IMG/VR virus record: IMGVR_UViG_3300023173_001030
Span: 1-25,809 of that record
Reading direction: 5' to 3' (one strand)
Length of the DNA: 25,809 nucleotides
Origin: a virus
Lineage: Duplodnaviria; Caudoviricetes
Positions 23,134 to 25,809 of this stretch are shown piece by piece; the stretch's first letter is position 1; every line of letters starts with the position of its first letter. The notes below the pieces were generated by a model. The model was given only the letters and a program-made list of their open reading frames with translations, did no database searches and had not been told where the DNA came from. The translations under genes were made by a program, and so were the position numbers.

Positions 23134-23389
23134 CTAGTTTAATATCTCCGATAAGTTCACGAACGTATTCTGGCTGTAATCTTTGTAGTGCCATTCCGCC
23201 GCCTTCAATTAATAATTTACCTTTGTGATAAATTTGTGGCATTGTTCTATGTCCTTCTGCCATCAAAAACTCACGTGCTTCGTTATTTTCCATAATGTCA
23301 ATTACTTCGAATTCAAACTCGTGTTTTTCTAAGTATTGTTTTGCAATTGTACAATACGGACAATTTGGTTTACTGTAAAGTGTAATCAT
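23111..23389 (-). CDS. Glutaredoxin (NrdH/NrdC-like)
   Basis: YSKPNCPYC, GHRTMPQIY, GG; downstream of nrdAB. Confidence 0.92.
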   Translation of the reverse strand: MITLYSKPNCPYCTIAKQYLEKHEFEFEVIDIMENNEAREFLMAEGHRTMPQIYHKGKLLIEGGGMALQRLQPEYVRELIGDIKLDVGDFKL

Positions 23390-23598
23390 TCTTCCATCAA
23401 CTTTTTCATTAACTTAGCTTCTTCAGCTTGTTTTTCAATTGTTTTTGGAACAAACAAAAAGACAATACCAACAATAAGAGGACTAATAAGTGCGGCGGCA
23501 ATAGCCCAACCTGCAGCATTACGTCCTTTCGATTCTGCCCATTTGTAAATTAGATATACGAATAGTGCCCAAAAGGCAACGGTTAATAGTAGTTCCAT
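23386..23598 (-). CDS. Small two-TM membrane protein
   Basis: Hydrophobic segments flank the AESKGRN..GW motif; coupled on both sides. Confidence 0.7.
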   Translation of the reverse strand: MELLLTVAFWALFVYLIYKWAESKGRNAAGWAIAAALISPLIVGIVFLFVPKTIEKQAEEAKLMKKLMEE

Positions 23599-24725
23599 TA
23601 TAAACTAAATCCTTTAAATGTATCTTCTGTTACGTCTTGTTTTGTACCACCGTTTACATAACTTGTAATTTCTGTTTCTTGTGGTGCAACTTGTACGTCA
23701 CTTCCTGCAATCCATTTTTGTGTCCAAGGTAACGGGTTAGTTGTTACGTTATAGATTTTAGGAAGTCCTGCATTGTTCATACGCTTCATTGCAATATGTT
23801 CAATATATTCGCTGAGTAGTTCTTTGTTAAGACCTAGCATACTACCGTCTTTAAACAAATAGTCAGCCCATGCTTTTTCTTGATCCACTGCATCAGTAAA
23901 CATTTTGATGCATTCTTCTTCAGTTTCTTTTGCTATTTCCGCAAAAACGGGATCATCTTTTTTAAGTGTTTTAAGAAGTAACTGCGTACTGCCCAAGTGC
24001 AAATTTTCGTCACGAGCAATAAACTTAATGATTTTAGCATTACCTTCCATCTTTTTGAGTTCGGCAAACGCCCACGAGCAAGCAAATGATACATAGAATC
24101 TTACACCTTCTAATATATTTACACTCATAATAGCAAGCCAAAGTTTCTTTTTAAGATCACGCAAGTCTACAACAACTTTTTTGCCATTTACTGTATGTGT
24201 GCCTTCACCTAGTAAGTTATAGTATCCTGCTGCTTCAATAAGGTCATCGTAGTACTTTGAAATATCTCCTGCACATTCTAAGATCTCTGGAATGTCCATT
24301 AATTCATCAAAAATAACACTCGGATTGTTATACACGTTACGAATAATATGTGTGTAACTACGACTGTGAATTGTTTCACTGAATGTCCAAGTAATGATCC
24401 AGTTCTCTAGTTCTGGCAAACTTACAATACTACCAAACGATTCTGCTGGTGCACGACCTTGCACACTATCTAATAGAATTTGACGTTTTAAATTACTTGT
24501 AAAAATATGTTGTTCGTGATCTGTTAGATTTTTAAAGTCTTTACCATCACGATATGTATCTACTTCTTCTGGTCTCCAAAAGAATCCTAATTGTTTATCT
24601 GTAAATTTATCAAAACTAGGATACTTCATAGTATCATAACGTTGAATAGTTACACCTCCCGATGGGTCAAGAAATGCTAAGTTTTCAGTATGATTACTTT
24701 TATTTGTTACGTCAAATACACTCAT
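23598..24725 (-). CDS. nrdB: Ribonucleotide reductase class Ia beta subunit
   Basis: FFWRPEEVD, LLDSVQGR, ETIHSRSY (radical Tyr), LEGVRFYVSF, ARDENLH, VQVAPQETEITSY. Confidence 0.97.
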   Translation of the reverse strand: MSVFDVTNKSNHTENLAFLDPSGGVTIQRYDTMKYPSFDKFTDKQLGFFWRPEEVDTYRDGKDFKNLTDHEQHIFTSNLKRQILLDSVQGRAPAESFGSIVSLPELENWIITWTFSETIHSRSYTHIIRNVYNNPSVIFDELMDIPEILECAGDISKYYDDLIEAAGYYNLLGEGTHTVNGKKVVVDLRDLKKKLWLAIMSVNILEGVRFYVSFACSWAFAELKKMEGNAKIIKFIARDENLHLGSTQLLLKTLKKDDPVFAEIAKETEEECIKMFTDAVDQEKAWADYLFKDGSMLGLNKELLSEYIEHIAMKRMNNAGLPKIYNVTTNPLPWTQKWIAGSDVQVAPQETEITSYVNGGTKQDVTEDTFKGFSL

Positions 24726-24734
24726 TGTTTTTCC

Positions 24735-25809
24735 TTATATCACGCAGCTTTCACATGCTTCGTCTTCATTAATTACAATATCGCTGTTTTCTACATTAGC
24801 AGAATTATCTAATTTGTCAATATCTATTTCACCTGCGCCGTCATTAGTATTAAAGTAATACAGTTGCTTACCGCCATACTTATAAAACATCATTAAGTGT
24901 TGTAACATAGTTGACATTGGAATCTTTTCATCATCATAGTGTGCAGGGTTATAACTTGTGTTTACACTAATACCTTGGTCAATATATTTTTGCAGTACAG
25001 CCATAATTTTTAAGTAGCCTTCAGGACTTGTTTGATCCCATAGTAGTTCATACTTGTTTTTAAGATGATGGATACCAGGTACAACTTGTTTTAGTACACC
25101 ATGCTTGGATTGTTTAACACTTACTAAACTACGTGGTGGCTCAATGCCGTTTGTAGCATTACTAATTTGCGCACTAGTTTCTGCTGGCATCAATGCCATT
25201 AGTGTGCTGTTACGGATGCCTGTTTCACGTAGTTGTTCTCTTAGTGCATCCCATTCCATACGTTCCTGAGGTGCTACTAATTCATCTACATCACGTTTAT
25301 ATGTGTCAATTGGTAGTACGCCATCACTATATTTTGTTTGGTCATTCCACAAGCAAGCACCTTGTTCTACTGCTAGGTCTGCACTTGCTTTAATTAAGTA
25401 ATAACTCCATGCTTCTGCATACTCGTCAATCATTTCTAAGTTCGGATCACTGTAAGTCATTCCATTTTTAGCCATCCAATATGCTAAGTTGATAATGCCA
25501 ACGCCAAGTGGACGACGACCCATTGTAGCCATTTTTGCTGCAATTACTGGATAATGCTGATAACTTAGTAGTGCATCAAGTCCACGTACTGCAAGTTTAC
25601 AAATACGTTCAAAGTCTGCAGGCTTTTTAACATTACCCCAATTAACTGCACTTAGTGTACATAGTGCAATCTCACCATCTGGATCATTGAAATCATTTAA
25701 TGGCTTAGTTGGTAAGTCGATTTCACAACACAAGTTACTTTGACGTACAGGTGCTACTTCTTGTTTAAATGAACTGTGTGTATTAGCATTGTCTACATTC
25801 ATTAAGTAA
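24735..25809 (-). CDS. nrdA: Ribonucleotide reductase class Ia alpha subunit, C-terminal part (5' end outside the window)
   Basis: QSNLCCEI, IALCTLS, MPAETSAQISNATNGIEPPR, LYYFNT, C-terminal CESC; frame is open to the window edge. Confidence 0.97.
   Translation of the reverse strand, partial: YLMNVDNANTHSSFKQEVAPVRQSNLCCEIDLPTKPLNDFNDPDGEIALCTLSAVNWGNVKKPADFERICKLAVRGLDALLSYQHYPVIAAKMATMGRRPLGVGIINLAYWMAKNGMTYSDPNLEMIDEYAEAWSYYLIKASADLAVEQGACLWNDQTKYSDGVLPIDTYKRDVDELVAPQERMEWDALREQLRETGIRNSTLMALMPAETSAQISNATNGIEPPRSLVSVKQSKHGVLKQVVPGIHHLKNKYELLWDQTSPEGYLKIMAVLQKYIDQGISVNTSYNPAHYDDEKIPMSTMLQHLMMFYKYGGKQLYYFNTNDGAGEIDIDKLDNSANVENSDIVINEDEACESCVI

Noticed and set aside
246-25393. All plus-strand ORFs in the track (e.g. 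779-1171, 5480-5842, 10210-10620, 13688-14074)
   Set aside because: They are antisense shadows of well-supported minus-strand genes, with no recognisable motifs.
25800-25802. ATG start of a 355-aa stand-alone or split nrdA
   Set aside because: The frame stays open to the window edge (Y-L-M-N-V-D), so this is an internal Met of a gene cut by the window.
23598-25809. Intron or intein in nrdA/nrdB
   Set aside because: The visible parts are continuous and of normal length, with no splice signatures.
1-25809. Alternative genetic code (stop-codon reassignment)
   Set aside because: Conserved genes are full length under the standard code, and TAA, TAG and TGA all end genes at expected positions.
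1-25809. CRISPR array, transposase or integrase
   Set aside because: No regularly spaced repeats or recombinase motifs were seen; the 25-bp repeat has two copies and is promoter-associated.

Overview
This 25.8-kb, AT-rich window is densely coding, and every credible gene lies on the minus strand. It reads as part of a large T4-like (myovirus or jumbo) phage genome: T4-type late promoters (TATAAATA), class Ia nrdA/nrdB with glutaredoxin, a PAAR spike-tip gene, a large virion-type protein, a SleB-type cell wall hydrolase, an HNH nuclease and many small T4-like hypotheticals. An alphaproteobacterial host (possibly Rhodobacteraceae) is inferred from a permuted two-piece tmRNA with a GGCGGUA T-loop and the tag ANDNFAPSDYALAA, a ROSE-like thermometer on hsp20, a DUF1127 gene and a porin. 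Main accessory content: (1) a late-promoter-driven curli/type VIII secretion-like operon (csgF, csgG, curlin-like, FecR-domain, and a second curlin-like gene missing from the ORF track); (2) translation and proteostasis genes (IF3, bS21, Hsp20, ClpS, and a very compact tmRNA apparently lacking PK1); (3) a recurring TAAATA-NNNGT-ATG arrangement at five gene starts, suggesting leaderless late mRNAs, two of which encode enzymes with capsid-targeting-like N-termini; (4) envelope genes (porin, a PagP-like barrel, and a long membrane coiled-coil protein with a central peptidoglycan-binding motif). All calls come from reading motifs by eye; no database searches were run.
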